Assembly: GCA_965368975.1 (NCBI GenBank)
Contig: CBDUPA010000015.1
Location: 32,001-96,000 of the forward strand
Length of the DNA: 64,000 nt
Direction: 5' to 3'
Source of the DNA: an uncultured bacterium
GTDB taxonomy: Bacteria; Acidobacteriota; Thermoanaerobaculia; Multivoradales; JAHZIX01
In this document: positions 47,401 through 55,716 of the stretch, piece after piece
Position numbering within the stretch: the stretch's first letter is position 1
Layout: every line of letters starts with the position of its first letter
Program-made: the position numbers and the translations under genes
The notes under the pieces: generated by a model
Database searches by the model: none
Told to the model about the DNA's origin: nothing
The model's input: the letters and a program-made list of their open reading frames with translations, nothing else

Positions 47401-48055
47401 TCTGCCGCTCCTCGACCGTCTGCTGCCGTCTCCGCACACCTGGCTACAAGACCTGACCGCCGACAGCGAGCCCCACACCCTGCGGCAGCTACGCGGCCTC
47501 TTTCACCTGCTGGCAGACGAGCGCGTTCCAGCAACGCTCGCCGACCAGGCCCTGGAACTGGCACTAGGTCCGCACCCCGCCTGCTTGTGCCGGGAAGTCG
47601 ACGCCCTCGAAGTGCTGCTCTATCTCTGGAATGCGCTGTCGCTGGCATGCGCCCGGCACCCCGCAGACCCCATCGAACGAACTGGGGAGCACTTCAGTAG
47701 GGAACTGCAGGAGGTCGTCATCGAGAAACTGGCGCAGCCTCCCACGACGCCGGACGAGATCGACCAAGCAGTGTCGCTGGTCGGGCTGACGTCGTTCTTG
47801 GGCTGGACGGGAACCCTGGGCTCGGTCGATAGCTTGGACTGGCCAAGCGAGACCCCGTTGCCATCACCGGAGCGCGTCGAGGCCAAGGGCCTGGTGACCG
47901 GCGGGTTCTACCTGCTAGGCCTACAGCGGCTCGGCGGCGAGGTCGAGGCAGAGCACTGGCGGTCGGTACGGCAGAAGGTCGACGACTTCGCAACCCGCAG
48001 CCGAGCCGTCGAGTTGCTGCTGCAAGCTGTGGAGCTACCCGAGAAGCGCTCTTAG
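44450..48055 (+). CDS. Restriction-endonuclease-fold + STAND-like NTPase + helical-repeat protein (Avs-like candidate defence protein)
   Basis: FERL...GRSGQAQYGID...YQCK (Mrr-like PD-(D/E/Q)xK), Walker A GAPGSGKTT, Walker B IFVFDD, and a long Leu-rich helical C-terminus. Confidence 0.75.
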   Translation: MPRMPDAGLIQEILDRDSGHLHTPFSTLPSFRATPEGALPYLDLGGPGFERLLFLLLLADGHAPRYFGRSGQAQYGIDLVVPVDDTHHVYQCKNTATFPPAAMRDALTKFEAEWLSRDDLPRPSCFVLCCSADLRGHEEAWSVEAEAFRQRTGVVATLWERSVFNERLRRLPDIVADVFSDAAAERFCEQEAWAWDLFRPLRPGTGAEAIEHFLRLRGSGVLDLPETLQARFDTMLAREDAVLVRGAPGSGKTTTGLALAANFTDKRSNSRTARGSWRVFHLDLAHEWSESEVVHAVQQRLSRPTIFVFDDGHRCVDRLPSLHRRLDALLAGQSTARRIYLLRHTAAPAELLRDASELEELLDASGAVLDLTPDLATVRRITHRLAPDWPPLRPAQVERLATVCAHDLTLLTQILATVETPETLENLDLEQLYPDLLRRFCGRLPVDLPALRAVACLGQFEINPPLPYKRHDLEAELASLPTELLTIAGRPPRRIFFHASGAELVFRALCWQDGEDQPIVVMGNVLSEFLASQQTPWTTLLQVLDGELRLATADELNALRQIVLTSPALVGCIASAGDELPLRVLGHAWRFAPEVYSDAFLQLITSGALLRHLQRAAASELPFVLRSLLDTIPQNAAAAAPAEDGSTVLAGIMAEHVRQDLDQVVRRTSASNLCYLLAYLGRDEPAWLQAVSALDTEAIEAMLDATLATERASSMILKTLRTLRGRRPHLAKALRQRLGTDFFLRTLRHDGSIVELLRLVQQTSWTLGTGLLASLTAEDFEALTVATISQRRSIGTLDLTLRALSAKRRQAVETRLLPHTWWHLLGHLGDLAILAGILRRLSKGYRFRLLKTASDDGTRARERMRIVRTGLLQRSTLPQLGHFLRRHSFAVPSLFPRNTDAQVSEPLAAMLARTDWETLRYGHHLILGAPKTTFRNLCLQTIRDHLASVDVGIGDSSLCLPNLAEATSFLRLLQSALPDRLPEILPLLDRLLPSPHTWLQDLTADSEPHTLRQLRGLFHLLADERVPATLADQALELALGPHPACLCREVDALEVLLYLWNALSLACARHPADPIERTGEHFSRELQEVVIEKLAQPPTTPDEIDQAVSLVGLTSFLGWTGTLGSVDSLDWPSETPLPSPERVEAKGLVTGGFYLLGLQRLGGEVEAEHWRSVRQKVDDFATRSRAVELLLQAVELPEKRS

Positions 48056-48251
48056 GCGCCCTCGATTGCGCGGCCTTACTGGGAGTCTAGCACTTCGACC
48101 TCCTCGAGCAGCTCGAAGAGCTGTGCATTCGAAGTCGCTGACAAGACTTCACCCGAAGCCGAGCGCGCCAAGGGTACGGCACTGCGAGGCTTCCCTGGCG
48201 TGGCGTCTCGATCCACCGCATCCTCTTGATCCTGACCAGGACAGCTCCCTA

Positions 48252-49229
48252 TCAGGTCGCCTGCTGCCGAAACCACTCGACGGTCGCGGTCAGCCCTGCG
48301 CTCAAGGACACCGGCTCCGGCACACCCAGGTCTTCCTGCAACCGGCGCGCGTCGACGCACGAGCGTTGCTGCTCGCCGGCCTTCGCGGGGCCGTGGATCG
48401 GTGGCGTGTTCCTGCCCAGGGCCGCGGTGATGCGGGCGTAGAGGTCGACAACGTTGGTCTCGACGCCGGTGCCAACGTTGTAGACGCGGTAGCCGGGCCG
48501 TGCCCCGCTGGGGGTGGCGAGGGCCGCAAGGTTGGCGCGCACTACGTCTGCGACGTCGACGTAGTCGCGCGTCTGCAGGCCGTCGCCGTTGATCGTCGGC
48601 GTAACGCCGGCCAAGAGCTTCTGCAGGAAGATGGCGATGACGCCGGCTTCGCCGTGGGGGTTCTGACGCGGACCATAGACGTTGGCGTAGCGCAGGCAGG
48701 TGACGTCGAGCCCGTAGGTCTGGTGGTAGACGGCGAGGTAGCGCTCGACCGCCAGCTTGGCGACGCCGTAGGGCGACGCGGGGCGCAGCGGGTGGTCTTC
48801 GGGAGCCGGGAAGACGTCTTGCTCACCGTAGATGGCACCGCCGGTGGAGGCGAAGAGGACGCGGCGGACGCCTCCGAGGCGGGCGGCTTCGAGCAGGTTG
48901 AGGCTACCCAGGATGTTGACCTCGGCGTCGTGGCGCACGTCGTCGAGCGAAGCCCGCACATTCATCTGCGCCGCCTGGTGCAGCAGGGCGTCGAACTTGC
49001 CGCGCTCGACGATCCGGGCAGCCTCGGCACCACGGATGTCGAGCATCTCGAAGCTGGCCGCGGACGGCACGTTGGCTTCCCGTCCCGAGGACAGGTCATC
49101 GAGGACAGTGACGTGGTGACCAGCCGCGAGCAGCGCGTCCGTGAGGTGGGAACCGATGAAACCGGCGCCGCCGGTGACACAGAGGCGAAGAGGCTTGTCG
49201 TGGGTACGCGTCGAGGTGTGATGGCTCAT
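48252..49229 (-). CDS. NAD-dependent epimerase/dehydratase (UDP-glucose 4-epimerase-like)
   Basis: TGGAGFIGSH, YGVAK (YxxxK) and RYANVYGPRQ motifs. Confidence 0.92.
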   Translation of the reverse strand: MSHHTSTRTHDKPLRLCVTGGAGFIGSHLTDALLAAGHHVTVLDDLSSGREANVPSAASFEMLDIRGAEAARIVERGKFDALLHQAAQMNVRASLDDVRHDAEVNILGSLNLLEAARLGGVRRVLFASTGGAIYGEQDVFPAPEDHPLRPASPYGVAKLAVERYLAVYHQTYGLDVTCLRYANVYGPRQNPHGEAGVIAIFLQKLLAGVTPTINGDGLQTRDYVDVADVVRANLAALATPSGARPGYRVYNVGTGVETNVVDLYARITAALGRNTPPIHGPAKAGEQQRSCVDARRLQEDLGVPEPVSLSAGLTATVEWFRQQAT

Positions 49230-49264
49230 GGCGGCGGGAGGCTACCACAGCGCTCGAGTGCCCG

Positions 49265-50074
49265 TTACTCGGGGCGCGAGGCCGCTGCCTTGGGAAACAG
49301 GCGGTAGAAGTTGTCCGTGGTGCGCGCGGCCAGTTCTTCTGGTGTCGTACCGGTCTCTGCAGCGACGCGCGCCGCGATCTCGACCACGTAGGCGGGCTCG
49401 TTGCGCTGGCCGCGGTGGGGTACGGGCGCCAGGTACGGCGTGTCGGTCTCGACCAGGCAGCGGTCAGCAGGTACTTCGGGCAGCACTTCGCGCACGTTGT
49501 CAGCACGGTTGAAGGTGACCATGCCGGTGAAGCCGAGGTAGAAGTCACGCGCGATCAGCTCACGGCCCATTTCGAGGCCGCCAGCGAAGCTGTGGAAGAC
49601 GCCCTGCAGGCCGGCGAATTCGTCGCGCCGCACTTCCTCGAGCATGGCGTCGTTGCTGTCGCGGTTGTGCACGACGACGGGAAGGTCGAGTTCCAGAGCC
49701 AGACGCCAGTGCGCACGCTGCACCTCGATCTGTACCTCGCGTGGCGCGTGGTCGTAGTAGAAATCAAGACCGCACTCCCCCACCGCCACCGCCTTGGGGT
49801 CGGCGAGCAGGGCCCGCAGGCGGTCACCATCACCATCCTGCCAGGAGGCGGCATCGTGTGGGTGGACGCCGAGCGCACACCAGACCCCTTCTTCCCGGTG
49901 GCAGATGGCGAGCAGATCCTCCGCTTCGGTCAGCTTGATGCAGGGGATCAGAAAGCCGTGCACGCCACGCTCCCGGGCACGATCGAGCGCGGCGGGCAGG
50001 TCGTCGCCCAGGCTCTGCAGGTGGCAGTGTGAATCGACCAGATAGGGTGAGTCGATCAGGTAGGCTGAACTCAT
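49265..50074 (-). CDS. tatD: TatD family DNase
   Basis: DSHCHL, GVHPH, GECGLD, VVHNR and ETDTPYL motifs. Confidence 0.93.
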   Translation of the reverse strand: MSSAYLIDSPYLVDSHCHLQSLGDDLPAALDRARERGVHGFLIPCIKLTEAEDLLAICHREEGVWCALGVHPHDAASWQDGDGDRLRALLADPKAVAVGECGLDFYYDHAPREVQIEVQRAHWRLALELDLPVVVHNRDSNDAMLEEVRRDEFAGLQGVFHSFAGGLEMGRELIARDFYLGFTGMVTFNRADNVREVLPEVPADRCLVETDTPYLAPVPHRGQRNEPAYVVEIAARVAAETGTTPEELAARTTDNFYRLFPKAAASRPE

Positions 50075-50084
50075 ACCACCCGAC

Positions 50085-52217
50085 TCAACGCACACGCACG
50101 CCGTTGGGTACCTCGACGGACGGCGACACCAGGATCGGCTTACCTCCGTCCGAAGCAGCCAGCACCATGCCCTGGCTCTCGACCCCCATCAACTTGGCCG
50201 GCTTCAGATTGGCGACCACGACGACCTGGCGACCGATCAGCTCTTCGGGCGGATAGACCTTGGCGATGCCGGCAACGATCTGGCGCTTCTCGTCGCCCAG
50301 GTCGACCTGCAGCTTGAGCAGCTTGTTCGACTTCGGCACCGGCTCGGCCTCGACGATCGTGCCGGTGCGCAGCAGGACGTCGAAGAACTGATCGATGGTG
50401 ATCGGCGCCAGCGCTTCAACGGCGTCGGGATCGGGCTTGTTGCTCTGCTTGGCGGCAGCGGGCGCGTCCGTCTTGGGAGTGTCCGTGTTGGGAGTCTGGG
50501 TGGCGGTCGGTTCTGGGGTAGGCACAGGTGTCTCCGGAGTGGGTGTGGAAGGAGTGGATGCAGGCGCGAGCTCGGCCAAGACCTCGGCGACGTCGACGCG
50601 CGGGAACAAGGGATCCCCCTTGTGCACCTCGCTGCCGGCGCTGAGGCCGCCCCAGCGAACCCAGGTGTCGAACTCGCCGCGCCCCGTCTCACTCAACCGA
50701 GCGCCGTAGGCCGCGCAGCCCAGGCGACGCCAGATCTCTTCGGCCTTGGCCGGGATGACGGGCCACAGCAGGACGGTGGCGATACGCAGCGCTTCGGCCG
50801 CGTTGTAGAGAATGGTGGCGACCTCACCGGCGCGGTCGGTGTCTTTGATGCGCTTGAACGGCTCGGTCTTGTGGATGTAGCCATCGACCGCGCGCACCAA
50901 GTCGAGCGCGGCACCTGCGGCCCCCGCGAGGTCGCAGCGCTCGTAGGCGGCGACGGCCCGCTCGGCGGCGTCTTTGGCGGTGCCATCGTACTCGCGATCC
51001 TCGGCCACGGGCGCCCCGGGCTCGGGCACCTTGCCGTCGAAGTAACGGCCGGTCATGTTGAGCACGCGATTGAGGCAGTTGCCCAGCGAGTTGGCCAGAT
51101 CGCTGTTGTAGACCTCGACGTACTTGACCTCGGCGAAGTCGCTGTCGGTGGTGCCGAGCGGCCCTTGGGTGGCCAGGAAGTAGCGCAGGGTGTCGAGGCC
51201 GAAGCGCTCGACGTGTGCGTCGATCACTTCCAGGTCGATGAAGTTGCCCAGGCTCTTGCTCATCTTCTGGCCCTCGCGGATCCAGAAGCTATGCACGTAG
51301 AGGCAGCGCGGCAGGTGCATCCAGTCGTTGCCGTCCACTTTGCGCAGCGCCAGCAGCAGCGCCGGCCAGATGACCGCATGGAACCACAGGATGTCCTTGG
51401 CGATCAGGTGCAGGTTCGCGGGCCAGTAGCGGCGCAGCTCGTCGGTGTCGACGACGGTCAGGTAGTTGAACAGCGCGTCGATCCAGACGTAGATGGTGTG
51501 GCTCGGATCGCCGGGCATGGCAACGCCCCAGCCTTCGGCGCCGGTGCGACTGATCGGCACGTCGTTGAGACCCTCGCGCACCCGCGCCAGCACCTCGTTG
51601 CGCCGCGCCGCCGGCCGGACCGAGAACTCCTCGCCGGCCTCGAGCAGGCGTTCCAGTTCCTGCTGGTAGGCGCTGAGACGGAAGAAGTAGTTCTTCTCCT
51701 TCTTGCGCACCAAGGGCTTGCCGTTGATCGGGCTCTTGAAGTCGAAGTCCTTGGCCTTGGCCTCGGGCACGTACTCTTCTTGGCCCGCGTCGTACCAACC
51801 TTCGTACTCCCCCAAGTAGACATCACCGCCGTCGAGCAACTGCTGCACGTAGCGCTCGACCCGCTGCTTGTGCCGCGGCTCGGTAGTGCGGATGAAGTCG
51901 TCGTAGCCGAGACCCAGGGAGCGGAAGGCGTCCTGAAAGGCCGCGGCGTTCTGGTCGGCCCATGCCTGCGCGCTCAAGCCGCGCTCGGCGGCAGCGTCGA
52001 CGACTTTGGCGGCATGCTCGTCGGTGCCGGTCAGGAAGAAGACGTCGCGGCCCCGCAGGCGCTGGAAGCGCGCCAGGATGTCGGCCACCGTGGAGGTGTA
52101 GACGTGCCCGATGTGCGGCCGATCGTTGACGTAGTAGATGGGCGTCGTGATGTAGAAACACTCGCCGGTACGGGCATCGTCGGTGCCAGGAGTGTCCGTG
52201 CTGCTCTTGTCGCTCAT
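50085..52217 (-). CDS. metG: Methionine--tRNA ligase with C-terminal tRNA-binding domain
   Basis: YITTPIYYVNDRPHIGH, TGTDEH, YVWIDAL, KMSKSLGN and ANLKPAKLMGVESQGMVL motifs. Confidence 0.97.
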   Translation of the reverse strand: MSDKSSTDTPGTDDARTGECFYITTPIYYVNDRPHIGHVYTSTVADILARFQRLRGRDVFFLTGTDEHAAKVVDAAAERGLSAQAWADQNAAAFQDAFRSLGLGYDDFIRTTEPRHKQRVERYVQQLLDGGDVYLGEYEGWYDAGQEEYVPEAKAKDFDFKSPINGKPLVRKKEKNYFFRLSAYQQELERLLEAGEEFSVRPAARRNEVLARVREGLNDVPISRTGAEGWGVAMPGDPSHTIYVWIDALFNYLTVVDTDELRRYWPANLHLIAKDILWFHAVIWPALLLALRKVDGNDWMHLPRCLYVHSFWIREGQKMSKSLGNFIDLEVIDAHVERFGLDTLRYFLATQGPLGTTDSDFAEVKYVEVYNSDLANSLGNCLNRVLNMTGRYFDGKVPEPGAPVAEDREYDGTAKDAAERAVAAYERCDLAGAAGAALDLVRAVDGYIHKTEPFKRIKDTDRAGEVATILYNAAEALRIATVLLWPVIPAKAEEIWRRLGCAAYGARLSETGRGEFDTWVRWGGLSAGSEVHKGDPLFPRVDVAEVLAELAPASTPSTPTPETPVPTPEPTATQTPNTDTPKTDAPAAAKQSNKPDPDAVEALAPITIDQFFDVLLRTGTIVEAEPVPKSNKLLKLQVDLGDEKRQIVAGIAKVYPPEELIGRQVVVVANLKPAKLMGVESQGMVLAASDGGKPILVSPSVEVPNGVRVR

Positions 52218-53122
52218 GAGGGCTCCGCCAGTTCTTCGGCGCGGAAGGTGTATTTGGTGCCGCAGTAGGCGCACTCGGCTTCGGTCGACGGCGTCTGGCG
52301 CAGGTAGTCGCGATCCTCGGACGGCAGGCCCTGCAGTTGGCTCAGCAGGCGGTCGCGGTCACAGCCGCAGCGATAGCCCAGAGTGCGCAGTTCCAGACGC
52401 TCGCGATCAATATCGCCGAGCACCGCGTCGAGCAGCGTCGCGACCCCCTGCTCCAGGTAGCGGCTGACGCTGTGCATGCCGGCCAGATTCTCTTCCAGCG
52501 CGCTCAGCACATCGTCGTCGGTGCCCGGCAGCGCCTCGATCACCAGGCCGCCCGCTGCGGCGACGCCGTCCGGACGGGTGAGCACGCCGAGCAAGACGGC
52601 CGAGTGAATCTGCTCGCTCTGGGCCAGGTAGTGCGCCAGGTTCTGACTCAGTCCCCCCTCGACCAACTCGACCTTGCTGGTGTAGCGCTGACCACCGGTA
52701 GGCTCCCGGATCACCTCCAGGGTGCCGGTACCGAGCAGCGGTCGCACGGCGATGTCCGTGCTCGACGAGCCAACGACGCCAGGATCACCGCCATCCTGTG
52801 AAGGGTCGGACAGGAGCGGGTCGGAGATCATGCTGCGCACGGTCCCGTCCTCGTGAGCTTCCGCCATCAAGCGCTGCAGTGGACCATCGCCGCGCGCTTC
52901 GACGATCAGACGCTGGGGTGTCTTGCTCATCAGTCGCAGCACCAGCGAGGTACCGGTCATGATCTGCCCGAGCGCCACCGCCGCGGACGGTGAAAGGTCG
53001 CGCCGCTGGCGCAGCGTCTCGACGATGTCGGTCAGATCCGCCAGCACCCAGCGCAGGCTACCGTTGGCGGCCAGACCGGAGTGCAGGGTTCCGTGTGCGA
53101 GGGTTTCAGGATACTCAGCCAT
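52214..53122 (-). CDS. hslO: Hsp33 redox-regulated chaperone
   Basis: GDGP, YLAQSEQ and AAGG motifs; C-terminal CGC...CAYC zinc site. Confidence 0.92.
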   Translation of the reverse strand: MAEYPETLAHGTLHSGLAANGSLRWVLADLTDIVETLRQRRDLSPSAAVALGQIMTGTSLVLRLMSKTPQRLIVEARGDGPLQRLMAEAHEDGTVRSMISDPLLSDPSQDGGDPGVVGSSSTDIAVRPLLGTGTLEVIREPTGGQRYTSKVELVEGGLSQNLAHYLAQSEQIHSAVLLGVLTRPDGVAAAGGLVIEALPGTDDDVLSALEENLAGMHSVSRYLEQGVATLLDAVLGDIDRERLELRTLGYRCGCDRDRLLSQLQGLPSEDRDYLRQTPSTEAECAYCGTKYTFRAEELAEPS

Positions 53123-53202
53123 GGGCCGCTGATCCTACCGCGAAGTCGTCCACCCCTGAAACTGCATCTCCACTCGAGCGGCCAACCCCCGGAGCCGGGG
53201 CG

Positions 53203-53973
53203 TCAGCCAAGGTCGAAGATCTCCTCAGGCACCGTGCACAATCCCATCTGCTGCATCGACGACCAGCGACTGGCGCCCGCCAGGATCATGTGATCGACCA
53301 GACGCACCCCGAGGGCCACGGCAGCGATCGCCAGGCGGCGCGTGAAGACCATATCTTCAAGGCTGGGCGCCGGGTTGCCGCTGGGATGGTTGTGAAATAC
53401 CAGCACCGCGGCAGCGTTACGCACCAGCGCTTCCTTGAGGATCAGCCGCGGCTCGACCGTGGCGCGTGCCAGCGTGCCACGGTACAGCTCACGCTCGGCC
53501 AGGATGCCGTTGCGAGCGTCCAGGAACAGGGCACCCATCACTTCTTGATCCGGGCAGGCGTAGCGCAGCAGCAGGTACCGCGCTACTTCCGACGGCCGGC
53601 GCATCGGGTCGCGCTCGGGGATTTCCGCCTGCGCCAGACGCCGGCCGATCTCGACCGCCGCCATCAGCGTCGCCGTCTTGGCCGGTCCAAGGCCGTGCCG
53701 GCGCAGCATCGAGGCCTCGACACCGACCAGACCGTCCAGACTCCTGCGCTCTTGCAGCAGTTCGCGCGCCAGATCGAGGGCGGAGGCTCCCGGCCGGCCG
53801 GTCCGCAGCAAGACCGCCAGGAGTTCGCTGTCGGTCAAGGCACTGCTGCCAACACGCAGCAGGCGTTCCCGCGGACGTTCCTCCAGGGGAATATCCGAAA
53901 TGGCGACGTGTCGGGTCGGACCCGGGGTGGGGGTGGTCGTGGCGGAAGATTGGCTCATCGCACTCGTCTCCAT
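53203..53973 (-). CDS. radC: RadC/JAB domain protein
   Basis: ERPRERL, LTDSELLAVLLRTG, HNHPSG and LVDHMI motifs. Confidence 0.93.
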   Translation of the reverse strand: METSAMSQSSATTTPTPGPTRHVAISDIPLEERPRERLLRVGSSALTDSELLAVLLRTGRPGASALDLARELLQERRSLDGLVGVEASMLRRHGLGPAKTATLMAAVEIGRRLAQAEIPERDPMRRPSEVARYLLLRYACPDQEVMGALFLDARNGILAERELYRGTLARATVEPRLILKEALVRNAAAVLVFHNHPSGNPAPSLEDMVFTRRLAIAAVALGVRLVDHMILAGASRWSSMQQMGLCTVPEEIFDLG

Positions 53974-54215
53974 CGGAATCGAAGGTGGTCGTCGTACAGC
54001 TGCGCGGCATCCACCCTATATAGACGACAAACGGAGGCGCGATCTGTCGCCTGGCGCGAAGATTCGATCAGACTTTTTTCGTTGACACGAGGGATTCACC
54101 ATCTGTATAAACGCTCCCGGATCGGCGTTCCTGGTGCCCAGCAGCGGGGCGACTCAGCGGTCCGTCCCCCACACACGATCAACGCTCTTGCAGCACCACC
54201 AGGAGGCTCCAGACT

Positions 54216-54761
54216 ATGTGGGTTCCTAAGCGAATGTTCATGACCAAGGGAGTCGGCGTCCACAAGGAGAAGCTGACCAGCTTCGAGATGGCTCTGCGCG
54301 ACGCAGGTATCGCCGCCATCAATATCGTGCGGGTGTCCAGCATCTTCCCGCCGCACTGCGAGATCATCGACAAGAAAGAGGGCTTGAAGGAGCTGATTCC
54401 AGGCGCGGTCGTGCACTGCGTCGTGGCCGAGTCAGCGACCAACGAGCCGCACCGCCTGATCGCGTCGTCGGTCGGCGTGGCGCAACCGTCGAACCCCGAC
54501 CAGTACGGCTACCTTTCCGAGCACCACACGTTCGGCGAAGACGCGCAGACCGCCGGCGACTATGCCGAGGACCTGGCCGCGACCATGCTGGCAACGACGC
54601 TGGGCGTCGACTTCAACCCCGACACGTCCTATGACGAGAAGCGCGAGATCTGGCGTATCTCTGGCCAGATCGTCAACACCTCGGCGATCACCCAGGTAGC
54701 AACGGGCGATCTACAAGGACGCTGGACGACGACGATCGCGGCCTCTGTGCTGCTGCCCTGA
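54216..54761 (+). CDS. pdaD: Pyruvoyl-dependent arginine decarboxylase
   Basis: LTSFEMALRDAGIA, NIVRVSSIFPP (Ser-Ser cleavage site) and YGYLSEHH motifs. Confidence 0.92.
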   Translation: MWVPKRMFMTKGVGVHKEKLTSFEMALRDAGIAAINIVRVSSIFPPHCEIIDKKEGLKELIPGAVVHCVVAESATNEPHRLIASSVGVAQPSNPDQYGYLSEHHTFGEDAQTAGDYAEDLAATMLATTLGVDFNPDTSYDEKREIWRISGQIVNTSAITQVATGDLQGRWTTTIAASVLLP

Positions 54762-55682
54762 ATGCCTGCGATTCCAGTCGAGTTCCTGGGGCTCGAGCAG
54801 GCCGGCGCGCACGGCGACAGGGCTGCCGACAAGGCAGCCCGTGTCGCCGTCCTGCCGCTGCCTTTCGAGCGCACGACGTCCTACGGCAAGGGCACCAGCG
54901 AGGGCCCTGCAGCCTTGCTGGCGGCGTCGATGCAGGTCGAGCTGTACGACGAGGAACTGCAGTGTGAACCGTTCGAGAACCTGCAGCTCGAGACGCTGGC
55001 ACCGTTCCACGCCGAGGCTTTCGACCTCGAAACGGCGCTGGCGGAGATCCAGGACGAGGCCGAACGTCACGTGCGCGCCGGCAAGCTACTGATCAGCCTC
55101 GGCGGTGAGCACAGCCTGACGCTGGCGACGGCGCGCGCGGTGGCAGCGGTCCTCGGACCTCCCGAGCAGCTCGGCGTCGTGCAATTCGACGCCCACGCCG
55201 ACCTGCGGGACAGCTACGAGGGCACCCCCTTCTCCCACGCCTGCGTGCTGCGCCGGCTGCTCGACGACGGCCACCCGACCGCCGCGGTAGGCATCCGAGC
55301 GCTGTCCGCCGCCGAGGGTGAGCTGATCCGCGAGCGCTCGTTACCGACACTCTGGGGCCACGAGCTGACGCGCCTGCCACAGGCAGAGCTGGAAGCCCGC
55401 TTCGACGCCATGCTCGATGGCCTGCCGCCACGCGTCTACCTGACATTCGACGTCGACTACTTCGACCCGCCGCTGATGGCAGCGACCGGCACGCCGGTGC
55501 CGGGCGGCGGCACCTGGTGGCCAACCCTCACTTTGCTGCGGCGCCTGTTCGAGCGCAAGCAGGTGGTCGCCTTCGACGTCGTCGAGCTGGCGCCCCGCGC
55601 CGGCCTGCACGCCTGCGACTTCCTGGCCGCGCAGTTGACCGCCAAGTGCCTGGCCTACTGGCTGCAGGCACGCCACCCTTGA
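54762..55682 (+). CDS. speB: Agmatinase
   Basis: GGEHS, DAHAD, SHA, FDVDYFDP, TGTP and DVVEL motifs; directly follows pdaD. Confidence 0.9.
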   Translation: MPAIPVEFLGLEQAGAHGDRAADKAARVAVLPLPFERTTSYGKGTSEGPAALLAASMQVELYDEELQCEPFENLQLETLAPFHAEAFDLETALAEIQDEAERHVRAGKLLISLGGEHSLTLATARAVAAVLGPPEQLGVVQFDAHADLRDSYEGTPFSHACVLRRLLDDGHPTAAVGIRALSAAEGELIRERSLPTLWGHELTRLPQAELEARFDAMLDGLPPRVYLTFDVDYFDPPLMAATGTPVPGGGTWWPTLTLLRRLFERKQVVAFDVVELAPRAGLHACDFLAAQLTAKCLAYWLQARHP

Positions 55683-55716
55683 ACGACGCGAGTCCAAGGA
55701 TCGGTATACTCGATCC

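Noticed and set aside
48076-48250. Minus-strand ORF ending NAQLFELLEEVEVLDSQ
   Set aside because: It lacks a credible start or RBS outside the epimerase gene; at most it is a gene remnant.
50622-52268. Long antisense ORFs (this one, 59832-61844, 19214-20713, 3529-4881 and others)
   Set aside because: These are shadow frames of real genes, as expected in high-GC DNA.
53203-53973. radC as a marker of a mobile element
   Set aside because: It is the full-length form with the N-terminal HhH region, lies among core genes (hslO, metG, tatD), and has no mobility genes beside it.
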